Origin: Botryllus schlosseri
Taxonomy: Eukaryota
Length of the DNA: 64,000 nt
Direction of reading: 5' to 3'
Assembly: GCA_051294905.1 (NCBI GenBank)
Contig: CM119376.1
Coordinates: 15,810,001-15,874,000, forward strand
Positions 1 through 13,128 of this stretch are shown piece after piece. Under the pieces are notes generated by a model that searched no databases, was not told where the DNA came from, and worked only from the letters and a program-made list of their open reading frames with translations. Positions within the stretch are counted from its first letter, which is position 1, and every line of letters begins with the position of its first letter. The position numbers and the translations under genes were made by a program.

Positions 1-1066
1 TTTGTGCAGGACCGTGACTGGGGCACCCCAAACCGCACAATTGGAGAGGGGCGAGCTTGAAAAGGGCCAAAAATTATTTTGCAAATGAACATAAATCATA
101 GCGTAATGTTTTCAAACTTTTTCCAACATATTTCAATTTCTTTTCGCGCTTTGCGCGATTTAGTGTCACTAAATGTCATGCTTACAGGTGCCCTTTTCCG
201 AGAAATACGCATTATTTATATAAATAGGCATTTCGGCGTCAGCCATTACCGAGCCACGACGTACCAACACAAGTTCAGGCTAACTTGGAACTCCGAAAGT
301 TGTGCCAAAATTCGGCAGCGAGAATACCGATTCAGTCATGAATGATCGAAAACTCTCTGCTTACACTGAGTAGAATGAATGTGCTCACAAGTACAGGTGA
401 AAACATCCATTCAACAGTAGGATCTGGGGGCGAAGCCCCCGGAAGTTTGGCTTATCCACTGTGGGGACCCAGGACCGGCGTTTTTTGGAGTGAGCCGGGG
501 CCTACGATATATCGTAGGCCGCGGGTGAGCTGATGAAGTAATTTTCGGCCCGGGTGTACGCATGGTCGGTATAGCTGCTGTAAAGGTGTTGTCTTGCGGC
601 ACGCATTGTATTCGTAGTTGCCAGAGGAGCCTGCGTCTGGTGGCAGTGGGCAATGAGCAAGGTAGCACGACAAGGTGCTTGGTTCCACCCCGAAACGCTT
701 TTTCTCTCGATATCGCCGAAGAGAATAATATTATTAGTGTTGGCGTGGTCGGTTAAACGTTAAACCCACGGCTTTCGGTGCGAAAGACTGTAAACGACTC
801 TCGGCCGTAGCACATTTATCTGGACAAGGCAATTTTACCTCGACTCAGCAGACTCACTATCATAAAATCACATGGACGCCATCATGAAGATAATTAATTA
901 CGATCTTCAGAACCCTCTAAATGTCCCACTCTAGCACCATATAATTGCAAAAAACGGTTGCATACTTTACATTTTGGCTTCATTTCAATTCTGAAAGTTC
1001 ACCGGTCCGCCAGACATTTTTTGAAATTTTACCGGTCCGCAAGGTGAAAAAGGTTGAGAACCACTG
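1..1066. mobile_element. Right part of a Buster/Charlie-type non-autonomous hAT element
   Basis: Ends AAAAAGGTTGAGAACCACTG followed by GTGTAGAG (nnnTAnnn target). Its subterminal ACCGGTCCGC block recurs at about 23050-23122, and an internal module is shared with 3488-5159. Confidence 0.7.
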
Positions 1067-1101
1067 GTGTAGAGTGTCATGAGATTTGCTTGTGCCCACA
1101 C

Positions 1102-1525
1102 TAGGGTTGCATTTAAAACAAAAATCAATTTAAAACAAACATGTTTAAAACAAGGCCCTAATTTAAAACATGTTTTTATTGTTGTTTTTTATAAGCCATG
1201 ACGTCATCAATATTCAATTGTGATGTCATAGTGGATTGACATTGACAATTGAAAATATAGGGTAAATATAGCTCCTCTGATGAGACAGCTCTACTAACAA
1301 TGTTGAACCGACTATTTTGCGGGCTCCATAACCATCCCATATCGATATACGTCGGCTATATCGGGTGGTAATTGTCCGTAGGCTCATACAACATGTTTTT
1401 TGGAAAGTATTTACACAATCATGGGATAATTTTACAACTTATAAAAAGGTCTTTTTTTAAAACACTGTTTAAAACATGTTTTAAACAAAGTGTTTTAAAA
1501 CGCCGTTTGTTTTAAATGCAACCCA
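1102..1525 (+). mobile_element. hAT MITE family B (TAGGGTTGCATTTAAAAC termini)
   Basis: TIR at 1102 and an imperfect TIR near 1525, flanked by GCCCACAC / GCCCCACAC. Related copies or fragments at about 1600-1704, 12600-12886, 21434-21817 and 26522-26830. Confidence 0.75.
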
Positions 1526-2259
1526 GCCCACACCATTGTAGGACATTATGGTTCAAGACGTGGGTCGTGGGAAGCCTTTTTCGTCAAGGAGCCGTATTTA
1601 CGCTATATTTTCAATTGACAATGTCAATCCACCGCCATGGCTATAAAATAAAACATATAAAACATGTTTGCTTCAAGTTGATTTTTGTTTTAATTGCAAC
1701 CCTATAGTTATGTCAGGTTTTAAAAAGTGTCGTGATATAAATTGGGAAGTAAAGGCGGTTGTCACTCTGCATAGTAGATATCTAATTATCCACTCATGAT
1801 GTTAACATTTTGCTTATATCAGATTGTTAGCTTACAGCAGTGAAGAGGACAGGATATTTGTGGGATGACTTATGTTAACAAAAATTTATTATAGACCAAA
1901 GACTCGCCTTGGTCCTTTGTTATTGACATCGCCACATTTTTTCATAGTATCGAATGTGAGCACTGAGCAGTCAGCCTTATTACTTTCATGTTTTTCCTGC
2001 GGCTCGATATATTGCATTTTTGTTGTAATTAGGGTGAAATGATTATAAGTTGTATATGTTACTGCTCAGTAATCAGTAACATAGCAAGTTATAGGACGAG
2101 AGGTTTCAATTCAATTGTAAGAATATGAATATAATCGACTTTTCTTAGACCCCCGAATTTTCCTAGTTGGCCACCTCCTCCACCACCCCGGTATATAGTC
2201 ACAATATACATAACATTCAGCCAATACTTAATTAAAATGTCCATTTTAAATGCACATAC

Positions 2260-2404
2260 CTATTGTAGTGAGGGTTATCACACAGTAGTATCCACTGTCA
2301 AGCAATGACCAATCTTCATAATACGAGAACACAAATGTACCAATTCCAATTGTTAAAAAGCACCACGAAAGACCGCAAAGCACCTGGACCGCGAGTGGAG
2401 CGTG
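2260..2404 (-). CDS. KCNK3/KCNK9-like: K2P channel exon 4 (TM3 and pore helix P2); the gene continues left of the window
   Basis: TTCTTACAG|HAPLAVQVLCGLSWCFLTIGIGTFVFSYYEDWSLLDSGYYCVITLTTI-G|GTATGT. No FGD-containing next exon found in 1-2259. Confidence 0.92.
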
Positions 2405-2933
2405 CTGTAAGAACATTCACAAATTCGTCATCTTCACGACGCCAGAAATAATTGATCATATCGATACACCTATATCTACGAAACTTAGCAGTATTGTTGC
2501 ATCAACATTGACCACGGTAACTAGTAAAAGAGAATATATAATAAGTATAGAGATGTCTCGTGTGACATCTGTTCTATCTTGAGAATATGAATTAGCCGCA
2601 ACCTATACAATGCGTTACCAAAACTGATTACGACAGACGCTGATATTGATCACAATCATACTAGCGTAATCGATAACAATCTAATTAAATCACCAGAATG
2701 ATACAGATCGCAAAAGGGACTGGGAGATGTACTGCATTGGATCACTTCTGCACAATGTAACCATTCATGCTGGGATTTCTATGTTATAAGACAAAATTCA
2801 AAGTTCTTTCGTGCGTTCATGAATCAAACAATGTCGATCGAATAAAAAGTTGAGATAGTAGGCCTACTGAGAGTAATTGCGTAAGGCGTCCAGCACACAT
2901 AGGCGTACGTGATAGGTAGCTTATAATTCTCAC

Positions 2934-3109
2934 CTTGAGGCAATTTATAGCAAATCTTCTACCGACCCACTTGATTAAATACCTTTGGGCATTGTTTATT
3001 CGTTCCCCCATTGCTTGGAACATAACGAGGTAAAGCGGAACTCCAATTAGTGCGTAGAACATACAGGCCAATTTTCCCAATCGGGTATAAGGAACAGAAT
3101 GCCCGTAAC
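2934..3109 (-). CDS. KCNK3/KCNK9-like: K2P channel exon 3 (GYG filter and TM2)
   Basis: TTTCAG|GT TAC GGG CAT gives GYGHSVPYTRLGKLACMFYALIGVPLYLVMFQAMGERINNAQRYLIKWVGRRFAINCLK|GTGAGA. Phases 1 and 0 are consistent with its neighbours. Confidence 0.95.
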
Positions 3110-3487
3110 CTGAAATAATAATGATGTCTCTAATGCGATCGTCCAGGTAAACTGAAAGTGAACTTCCTGGTCATGATTGACCGCATTTACCCGGTTAATT
3201 ACAATAGTCCCGTACAAAAATATTTAATGTACCGCCGACTTATGGCACGGTCATCGGTCAAGTTTGGTTGTATGCTTTAATGTGAATTATCAGAACAACT
3301 TGGACTGTGAAGAGGAGCTTGGATACCCCGCCAAATGTGAATAGTATTATTGCGCGCGCGCCTGTCCAGTGTCCAGCTGTCCGGATCACTACTACTTTAG
3401 CAGGAAGGCTGATTGGGAATTATCCAACTTCGCACTCATTATACGATGTCTAAAAGTATGTTACTAACTCATCGCTATTATGTAAAC

Positions 3488-5159
3488 CAGTGGTTCTTAA
3501 CCTTGCCTCCAGCGCCCCCGAAGGGGCGCTGGCGATTTTGAAGGGGGCGGAAACGTTCAGGGGCGAAATGGGGGGCGCTGGAGAAAAATGGCTTCGCAGT
3601 AGATGATGTGGTGGTAGGACATATCCTTAATGAGTATTCAGAGCAAATTAACACCGAAAACTGTTATATATAGCCTACAAAATACATATAGGTTTAATTG
3701 TCCATGGGCGCCTAAATCACTGGCACCGAATGTTCCTGTCTTTGCAATATGAACCCCAGAAGAGGAATTCCATCTAGCGGGGAAAAATTATATGCCAGTG
3801 AAGAAATACCAATTTGAAATCGTGTGCGTCTTTTAGTTTAGTACGATTGGGCGATAGGGATATCTAAAACTAGATATTCCTGTTTGGCGATTCTATATTT
3901 TTTGATATAACAGACAGGAGGTCACGAAATAACATCATGCAACGAAGTCATACCAACGGGTTCGCCCGCCCGAATATGTTTAATTATTAGTTATACGGAC
4001 CGTGTCAGCACTGCGCACGTGCGCAGCTTAGAGGGAACATTGCACCTCATTCAGCTCTACCGGTAAATCTGGTAACGTACACAGAGAGGATAAGGAATTG
4101 ATAGCAATATATATGCAATTCCCGATCTTGCTGACCGATTTTATCATGAATTATCGAAAGTTTTCGCGCTTCGCACTGGCTCGATAAACAGTACGGCTGA
4201 TTTCGTGGCAAAAGCGAACAACGTGATGGGGGGCGGTCGGTTCATCACCCTATGGGAGCCCAAGACCCAAGTTTTTTTCGGCGGGCCTGACGAAGTGCCG
4301 TTTCCTTCCTGCAAACGGGTATACGCCCAAAGATGTATAATTATTATTGAGAGGTCCTACCTTTTCAATCACACATCACTCAGCTCTACCGGTAAATCTG
4401 TTTACGTGAGAAGAGAGAGCATAAAAATTGATATCATTATACATGCACTTCCCGATCATATTGACCAATTCAATCACTAATTATTAAAACTTTTCGCGCT
4501 TCGCGCGTCTAGGTGGGAATAGCTGGCTCAGTAAATGGACAGTGGAAACCCAATGTATAGATGACTAGTATCACCAAATAGCGGATAACCGAAGAAGGGT
4601 CTGCAGGCGAAGCCCCCCGGAAGTTAGGTTTATCACCCGATGGGGGCCTAAGACCAACGTTTTCTGGGGGGGGGGGCTGACGAAGTGCTGTTACGTCCCT
4701 GGTAACGAATTAATTGTACTTACGGGCACGCCCGAATATGTTTAATTATTAATTACGTGCCCTTTATTTTCCCATACAACAGCTCACTCAGCGCTACTGG
4801 TAAATTTGATTTCGTGGGCTGAGAGGATAAAAAGTTTATAGCGGCTTATATATGTAACTACCACCTATTCATTCATGCATTATAGAAAATTTTGGTACCT
4901 AGGGCGACCAGGCCACACAAACTTTGCTGACCATCGAAATCACGCTACAGGGATCTTGGGGGAGAAGCCCTCAGAAGTTTGGTTTATCACGCTTTGTGTG
5001 CGCAAGGCAATCGTTTTTAGGGGGTTGACTAAGTGCTGTTACGGCCCTTCCTCTTACTCATTGTCTTTATTACATTCCTTACAATATGAGGTTGGGGGGC
5101 GCTGGAGCACAATAATTTTTGAAAGGGGGCGCTGGAGGAAAAAAGGTTAAGAACCACTG
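3488..5159 (+). mobile_element. hAT (Buster-type) non-autonomous element, family A
   Basis: TIR CAGTGGTTCTTAACCTT; perfect 8-bp TSD ATGTAAAC (3480-87 / 5160-67). A second copy lies inverted at 39982-41534. Confidence 0.93.
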
Positions 5160-6559
5160 ATGTAAACTATCGCTGTCACATTTCTGTAGACAAGGCTCTC
5201 CGTTATACGTGAAAAAATTTCGTTAGTGACGTGACAAACTATATCAGATTATTACTGATGGGTAAATTATTTCAATGACGAAATTAATCAACATGTGACG
5301 TTTTTCTCACTTGCATTATAACACGAGAACTAAGCATGGTTTCTTATCACAATCGACTGATATTAAAATTAGAACTAACGTTCCTGGAGCTGTCGTCTTT
5401 CGCTAATGTGAATAAGGAACGCGTTGGACGAGTGCTTTAACATATTTTTGCTGGTTATTGTAATAAACAAACCTAATATCTATGCAATGCTATCCATCGG
5501 AATATGTAACACATAAATATTGAAGGTTAAATTTTATCATTCCATCACATGGCCGTTATGTCTGAGTCTCTAATAGTATGCTGATAATGAAGTCAGACGT
5601 GCAGAGATGTCTTATATAAAACTCCATTAGTACTCGAAATGCCTTCCGGAAAACGATACTCACTAATGGGAACCGACAGAGCGATCATAACAAAAATACG
5701 ATGGTATTGACAAAATATATACCTCCGCGTAAAGTGCATGCAGTGAAAGGCAGTAAATAGTTCATGCGTAGCTGCTCAGTGCTCAGTCGCCTGCGGACCA
5801 ATACGGTTAATTCCGCGACATCGTCATATTAGTTTGCATTGTAAAACTGGCGTGTGAGCACCGATAGCGCGATGCCATGAGTTACGACGAGATCGCTCGA
5901 TGTTATTCCAAGTCGTCTTACCGACATTATTGACATTACTAATCCAACCAGGGGCCTTGCCCTGGCTTAGTAGAACGAGTAATTTTCAATCTGGCATCTG
6001 TAAATTTCATGCTAAACGACAAACACAGAAGGAAGTGCGGGAGACTGGGAAAGGGGGAGCATACGAAATTTTGCATCGTTTGTTTATAGCTTCAATGTCG
6101 CCTAAATTGCTTTTCCCACCTCTCACAATGTTGAGATGTTCGTTGACGTGCTCCCACACTGGCTTTATGTTATTTCCACACTAGCTTACAATTTCCAATT
6201 TCCCTGGAATTTCTATATTTATTATTCGAAAATAAAACGCGAAAGGGGAGGTAAGGCACAGATGAAGCACAGACAGGCTAGCTTCACTCGTGATAGCGCA
6301 ACTCATCGTAAATAGCCTAGAATTATCAATCACTGACTCAAATGTAATTGTTGCGTTGATTCTGAAAGTCTAAATATTGATCGATTTCTAAAGTATTCGG
6401 CGTCACATAACGTTGTGCTACATTCTTTCATTTCAAGTTCAAATAATGACTTCCAGAGCAAGTTGGTTGAGGCCTTCCTAGCCGCAGACATCCCTTTGTA
6501 CATGCTATACAAAACTTTAAGATGAGACAGCTATATTTATCGACCGTGGGCAGCCAGTG

Positions 6560-6832
6560 CCGTCTGCATGAGACATCGTTAAAGTTTTTTCATGAAGAAA
6601 TTTGTCATTTTTCAAGTCAAAAAGTTCTTTCAGGCCAAGCTACTTCGTAAGTACAGATAGTTTCTACCAGAATTGAAGAAAAGTAGTACAATTATTACAT
6701 CATGTGCAAAAATGCTTAATTTATATTCATGAGGGCAAAATTTTGTCAAAATTAAGTATTTTAACGTCAAAAAATGTCAAGATTTTCATTTTTAGTGCAA
6801 AAGCTTACGTTTTTAGGTAAAAAACGCTTTAG
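6560..6832 (-). mobile_element. Old fragment related to the end of the 9080-10605 element
   Basis: Reverse-complement similarity to 9080-9360 (e.g. CGTTTTTAGGTAAAA). Confidence 0.5.
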
Positions 6833-8770
6833 TCAGGACTCATTCTATAATTGTGATATTGTGAGCATAACACAATACTGCAAGGTAAAATAGCTCGACA
6901 AAGAAACATTCTACAAGGAAGCGCGACGATTTCAGAAAATCAGTCTCCGCCTGCTAGGCAATAGGCATTCTATGCGTTGGGCGCTTCCATAAATTTATCC
7001 AATCTTCACATCGCACCAACTGCGATAGTGAAGATACCTGGACTATGGAGATTGTTCACACTATGGGACTATAGATCATATCATCCCTCCATGTTGCTTG
7101 CGTGATTTATAGTGCAAGCTTTCCCGATTGAATCTGTGCGAAGCTAATGCATAATGCATTATCGCATGACCGTTGATTTATGAAGAATCAGTACAGTCAT
7201 ATGCTTATTGTGCTCATAAAAAAGTAAAGACGTCCAAGGAATTGCGATCGCGTAAAGTTTCTTTGGAAACACGAAGAATTCGAAGCAATTCGAGCCAGCG
7301 CGAACAATCGATAAAAAGATAAAACAAAATTGATCTATAACACCATTTCAAAATAAGTCATTGAAACATCACAGACTTCACGGTCATCATCAAATTATCC
7401 ACGCTGCATTTTTGTTGTTTATTTCAAATTCGTCTCACGCATGTGAGCCATCGTATGAAACATACCGCGAAGCAGATTTAAAATTACAAATGACTAAACT
7501 CCCACCAACGTCCCTGAGAAATAGCGATAGCGTCGATGACTGCACGGATGAATAATTAATATTCACACTTTATTATGGGTTGGTGTTTCATTTACCTTTT
7601 CTTTTTTTAGCAGATTGGATCGATAAAGCTCTCCTGGCCCAAACAACTAGATCTCCCGCCACGTTGTGCAGCTAGTGGGTCGGTCTATGGTACCGACACC
7701 AGTGCATGTGCTATACTTCGAAGTGTACAATGACAGTAACTACAGAATAAATTCCGGACAGTTCCAGGTGGACTTCGTCAATAATGATCCTTGTTCATAA
7801 TTATATTTGTATACCATCATTTGTCGCATGTGAATTCCATCCTGAAAAGTTTAGATTATGTTCTGCGGAGTGCAGTATTATTTCTAAATCGAAAGCATTG
7901 AATTACATTGTTAACGCATGTTGCTAATGGATGCGTTAAAATTAGGCTGCGCCCCTAGCTCTCCGTGGCTTGGTAAGCTAGCCTTGCTGTTTTGCTTCGC
8001 TAGCAGGTCCGCATCAGCCGAGTGTATGTATTCACTGCATGATTTTTCTCATATTGCCAACTCAAATTATATTCCTTAAACACGGACGCGTTCTCGGAAC
8101 TCGCCATAAACTAAAAAGACCGGTTCACGGCTAACTTCAGTAACAAATATTTAGTGGTCTACATCTTGTTGAAATGTCGGCCTTCCCCCGCATCTTTCAT
8201 TGCTTGACATGACATCGTTTGTGAGTGCGTATGGCGACGAATCACTTGCACTGATTGCACTACTTTACGAAAGGTTTTGGAAATGTATGACGTAACAGTT
8301 CAAAGCACAGACAAGGCGAAAACAAGATTTGAACTTGAATATGGAAACAATGACCTATAGCTTTAATCACTCACACGTCGTGCGTATAGGTTACGTAATC
8401 ATAGCACGTAAATAACCTACACTTAAAAGTAAACGCATTTCCGTATCCATTTATACATCAGATTTTGTCCTTACATTAACATTAAGAAATAGATTTTTTA
8501 GTCTAAATTCCAAGAAACTTTTCGCGCATAATACCCATTGGCCAGGTCTTCCATACCAGATGTATTTATATGTATTTAAATCAATTGTGCCTTCGGTGTA
8601 TTTGAACGCATGTATAATATATTCTTAATTTAACCGTGATAGATTAGTGGGAAGAGGTAAAGTCGAAACACCCCTTAAATAGTGTTAGGAATGATCATGT
8701 TCACCAAGTCGTTATGGGATCACTCGTGTGTGATTCCATGATATTGATCGGCGCACCTTTTAGTAGTAAC

Positions 8771-8963
8771 CAAAGTTCCCTCTAAGCTGCGCACATGCGC
8801 AATTGCGCAGTGCTAACACGGTTTCTGAGCACAGAACATGTAAGCTGCGCACAAAAAATCCGAAGTGATGACCTTTTTTTAGTCGTTACGCACTGTTGTC
8901 CAAGGGACCGCGCAGTGAGTTGATGGGTGTGCGCAGACCCGTCACAAATCAAAGGGAACATTG
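8771..8963 (+). mobile_element. 193-bp hAT MITE (CAA[A/T]GTTCCCTCT termini)
   Basis: Perfect TSD GTAGTAAC. The same MITE is nested in family A (40787-40969 full, about 4000-4042 partial). Confidence 0.9.
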
Positions 8964-9079
8964 GTAGTAACGATTGTCAAGAGCAAAATTATTAGAAGAG
9001 TCAGGGTTCTACAGTCCCGATTTCTACGTGACGTCACAGTAACGTCTCATGTTGATTAAATCTCGTGCGTTTTGTCATC

Positions 9080-10605
9080 TAGGGCGATTTTGTTTTACCT
9101 AAAAAACGGAAGATTTTGAACTAAAAAATCTTAAATTTGACATTTTTAGACCGTAAAAATCTTACTTTTGACCAAATTTGACCTAACGCTTGCAAATTGG
9201 GTGTTTTCCCACATAATGTTACAATTGTACTACTTATCTTCATTTCTGGTGGGAACTGTCTGTCTTCACAAAGTAGTTTGGCATGAAAAAACTTTTTTGC
9301 CCCCAAAACTGACAAATATTGACACGAAAAACTTTATTTTAACGAAATCTCGCCCTATGAAGAATTCCAGTAGTTACATTACGCATTATGGTAATTTTTT
9401 TTAAATTTGTAGTACAACGAAAGATACTTTCCTACATTCTCGGGTAGAAAGTGCCTGTCCTTACTAAGCGGCTTGCCAAGAATAAAGAAAGAACGTTCAA
9501 CGGCATCAGCAGTTGTTGGCTGACAACACTGAAGTTGTGCGTACACTGTTGGTGACAAACGGTGTTGCTTCATTCTGGCAATGGTGTCTACATCACAATT
9601 TTTCATCATGCGTTTCTTGATATAAGAACCATGCAATACCCACGCAGTCTTGCTTCAGTTGGGATATTGCGTTATGTTGAGCATAACACCATGTCTACCT
9701 ATTTGTTTCATTTGAATATTTATGATTCACAATGAGCAGACAATGGGCCGTTTACAACGGTAGCCCTATAAAGTAGGCTACTAGTAGGGCTGGACAAATT
9801 CCAATACCTGAGTTATTCGATTCTGAATCACGTAGTATGCTTCGAGTGGAGTCGAGTAATCGAGTATCACTCATAACAGAATGTAATATGCGAAAGTTCA
9901 AATATGTACGTTTTACGCCACCAGAAAGAATATAATGCCTGTTATCCATCACATCAACCATACTTAGTATCTTTTCGACCATGCCGATTTCGCTGCACTT
10001 TGTGACAATGCTGTGGGCGACCATGACTTCCGATTTCCAGTAACGTTCGTAGCTTTGTACTAGTACTTGATACCCGGTTTTGTATGCTGCAGTGCGGCCA
10101 ATCGAGGTTTCATGGCTTCCACAGCAGTGGAAAATAGTATCGCAGCTATAATTTTCGTTGATAAATTAACTTTCAGTGGTTAGGAGCGTATTATTTCAAT
10201 ACTCGAAAAAATCGTCTTCTGCTACTCGACTCAAATCATTAAAATTAATACTCGATTCAGTTTCGAGTATTCGAATCATTATTACGTCACAACGACAAAA
10301 TTCTTTCTATGTTTCGAACTTGGTTAACCTCATTTACTGGCGTTCACTGCTGAAGAGAGCCAGTCGAAAAGTTTCCAGTGGAATAAATTTCGCAATATGA
10401 ACGTATTGTTTGCTGCAAAACTCGAATCATTGTGCCCAGTCCTCTAGCTACAAGCTGTAAAATGTCAAATGATAAGTTCATCGACAGTGCAAAATCTACG
10501 ATACAAACACCATGTAGGTTGCAAAAAATTTTCAACTTTGTAAAAAAATTGACATTTTTTGACCTAATGCTACAATCTTTTCATACATGTCAAAAAATCG
10601 CCCTA
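9080..10605. mobile_element. hAT deletion derivative (TAGGGCGATTTT termini) with a transposase C-terminal remnant
   Basis: TIRs at both ends; flanks GTCATC / GTCATT. Minus-strand 9379-9636 reads YAQLQCCQPTTADAVERSFFILGKPLSKDRHFLPENVGKYLSLYY, the hAT dimerisation-region xVERSFS motif. Confidence 0.8.
9785..10446 (+). mobile_element. hAT MITE family C (TAGGGCTGGGC termini) nested in 9080-10605
   Basis: TSD GCTACTAG / GCTACAAG; homologous to 29546-29923, 33456-33957 and 48950-49465. Confidence 0.85.
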
Positions 10606-11132
10606 GTCATTATTGTACGATTGGTGATATACAATGTTCTTTACAATTCTCTACTAGTTGCTGAGGATTACCCATGACGAGAGTCAGCCGAAAATATTCG
10701 GGTTCATTTCGATATGAATATACTATTCCATTACATATACGTAAAAAGTCAAACAATTCTCTATTTAACGATACGTTGATGTATCATACACCTCACTATA
10801 CTGCATACACTGTATTAATCGATTGCTGAAATGGAATCAAGTTTCCTCGGCTCACAAACCAGTTCTTAGCAACCGCAAAACCAGGTAAATGCACTTTCGG
10901 ACGATATTTCCTGATGATGGCAGAATCACACCAAACTGTTGAATATTTTTGCCCACTCTGCACAAGACTGGACCCGAGTAGATTTGAGAAATTCTCGCAT
11001 TAGAAACTTAACTATTTCAAATCGAAAGGTTTTGGGAAAATGCTGACTCAAATCCTCACCATTTGTGAAGAAGCCGGCAGAACCACAACATGCTCTACAA
11101 ATGACCCGTTGACTTGACCGCATCATTTACAC

Positions 11133-12330
11133 CAGAGGTCTCAAACTCAAATGTGCTTGCGGGCCAGTTTTCCAGTTTTGACGACGCCGCGGGCCGCATC
11201 ATTTATAGGGGTATTCTATGTCTTTCCAAGTAGGCATTATTTGGCGGGAATGAATTGTCCTATTGAAAGTGAGCCGATCCAGCAGGACTGACAGTAAACA
11301 CACATCGTCAAAATGTGATTTACTCTTGTATCAATTTAGGCCTGACACGAAAAAAATCATCACATCTATAACTATTTGAATAGAATTGTTTTTGTACTCC
11401 ACTCAACGATTAAACATAATATATATTAATGATAAGTAGACACCATAGGAACGGACAAACGTATGATGCCATCATAAAAGCTATCGGGTTATAATTATGC
11501 AGCTACTAAGAATATTTTTAATTTAACAGATTGATAACATAGACTGATCAGATATCAAAACATTTTTAGGTTGAGCATTGTAATTCCAATCCAGGATTCG
11601 GATATACTTCTGATAAGTAGGCTATTAATATCTTCAAGGAGCAGAAAAAAATATAAATATAATATAAATCTATTGATGAATGTGTCCTAGTGATTGAAAT
11701 GTCGGAACGCCGAACGGCCCACTGTTGTTACATCGTTGGAGCGTACCACTACGGTATTATCGGTACCTTTAAGTGACCCTATTAACATGGTTTAGCGACC
11801 AAAGATGTAACTAACAGATTGCCAATGGTTGCCAAAACTACTTGCTTAGTCAGCGAAATACCAAGCTGCGACCTTCTGATCTATTAGTATCACCCTTGTA
11901 CCCGACTAGTTTGTTGCGTCCATGGTTATAACAAATTCACGGTATTCCGAGTCCACTCGAGTCATTTTCATTTTGCCATCGAGTTAGGCCGAGTCTGAGT
12001 AATTCTAAAAACGTCACGTCCAAGTCCAACTCACAAATTTCAGTCACGAATCGTCTAAGGGTCAGGTTTTGTCATCATGAATTGGAAATGTGGCGAAATA
12101 GTGAATCTTCTACTGCGGCAACGTTTGCAATTGATGTGATACTGATGTTTGATGAATAGTTTCAGGCTTTCGGGGCAATTTAAGAGGGAATATTCACTTT
12201 ATAACATGAAAAGATCTATGTGACACTCATATATTGTCAAATTAATAAAAATCTAAAATGTCGTCGCGGGCCGCACAAAATGCTATGGCGGGCCGCATGC
12301 GGCCCGCGGGCCGCGTGTTTGAGACCTCTG
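11133..12330. mobile_element. Charlie/Buster-type hAT non-autonomous element
   Basis: TIR CAGAGGTCTCAAAC; GGGCCGCATGCGGCCC subterminal palindrome; perfect TSD ATTTACAC. Confidence 0.92.
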
Positions 12331-13128
12331 ATTTACACAGTGCGCTTTCGGGATACACGAGGCGGTAATTGATACGATATCAGGCACATAAAAAAGAACG
12401 AGATTTGCGCGGGATTTGTATCATGAAGTAACAAGCAAACTGGTCCTGACAATACAGCACGTTTGATCGGGATCTTGAGATGATAGAGCGAGCGAGCCTA
12501 TTTACCCTTGAGAGCTATGTTGGCTACTATATAGTATATAGTCTATCTATCTAGACCAGCGGTTCCCAACCTTTTGTTTTATACAAATGCCTTTTAAATT
12601 ATTTTTAAGTTGTACAATTATGCTATAATTGTGTAAATACTTTCCAAAAATCCTGGTGCATGAGCCTACTTACGATTACCACCCAATATAGCCAACGTAT
12701 ACGATATGGTATGGTCGAAACCCTCAAAATAGTCGTTTCAACAGCCTATATTTTCAATTGTAAATGTCAATCCACTATGACGCCACAATTGAATATTCGT
12801 GACGTCATGGCCTAAAAAATGTTTTAAACAAGGGCCTTGTTTTGAACATTTTTATTTTCAATTGATTTTTTGAAGTGCAACCCTAGTCCCACCCGAAAAT
12901 ACATCATCATTCATCATGTATAAATTTCCATAAATTTCCGAAAAAACTCCCTCCATCAACTCTACCGGTGAATCTAATCAAATGGGCTGAGGAAGGATAA
13001 ATATTTGATAGTAATATGTGAAACTACTAATATCAATGACGAAATTCATTCGTGAGTCTGAAAAATCTTCGCGCTCCGCGCGATCATAACGTGTCTCAGT
13101 AACTGTTCAAAGTGTTCATACTGTAACA

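Noticed and set aside
2100-2195. Minus-strand DYIPG resembling the K2P GDYVPG exon
   Set aside because: There is no AG acceptor, no FG before it and no TM4 after it.
5685-5760. Minus-strand GGIYFVNTIV resembling a pore helix
   Set aside because: It ends in a stop without TTIG; the real P1 exon is at 18317-18453.
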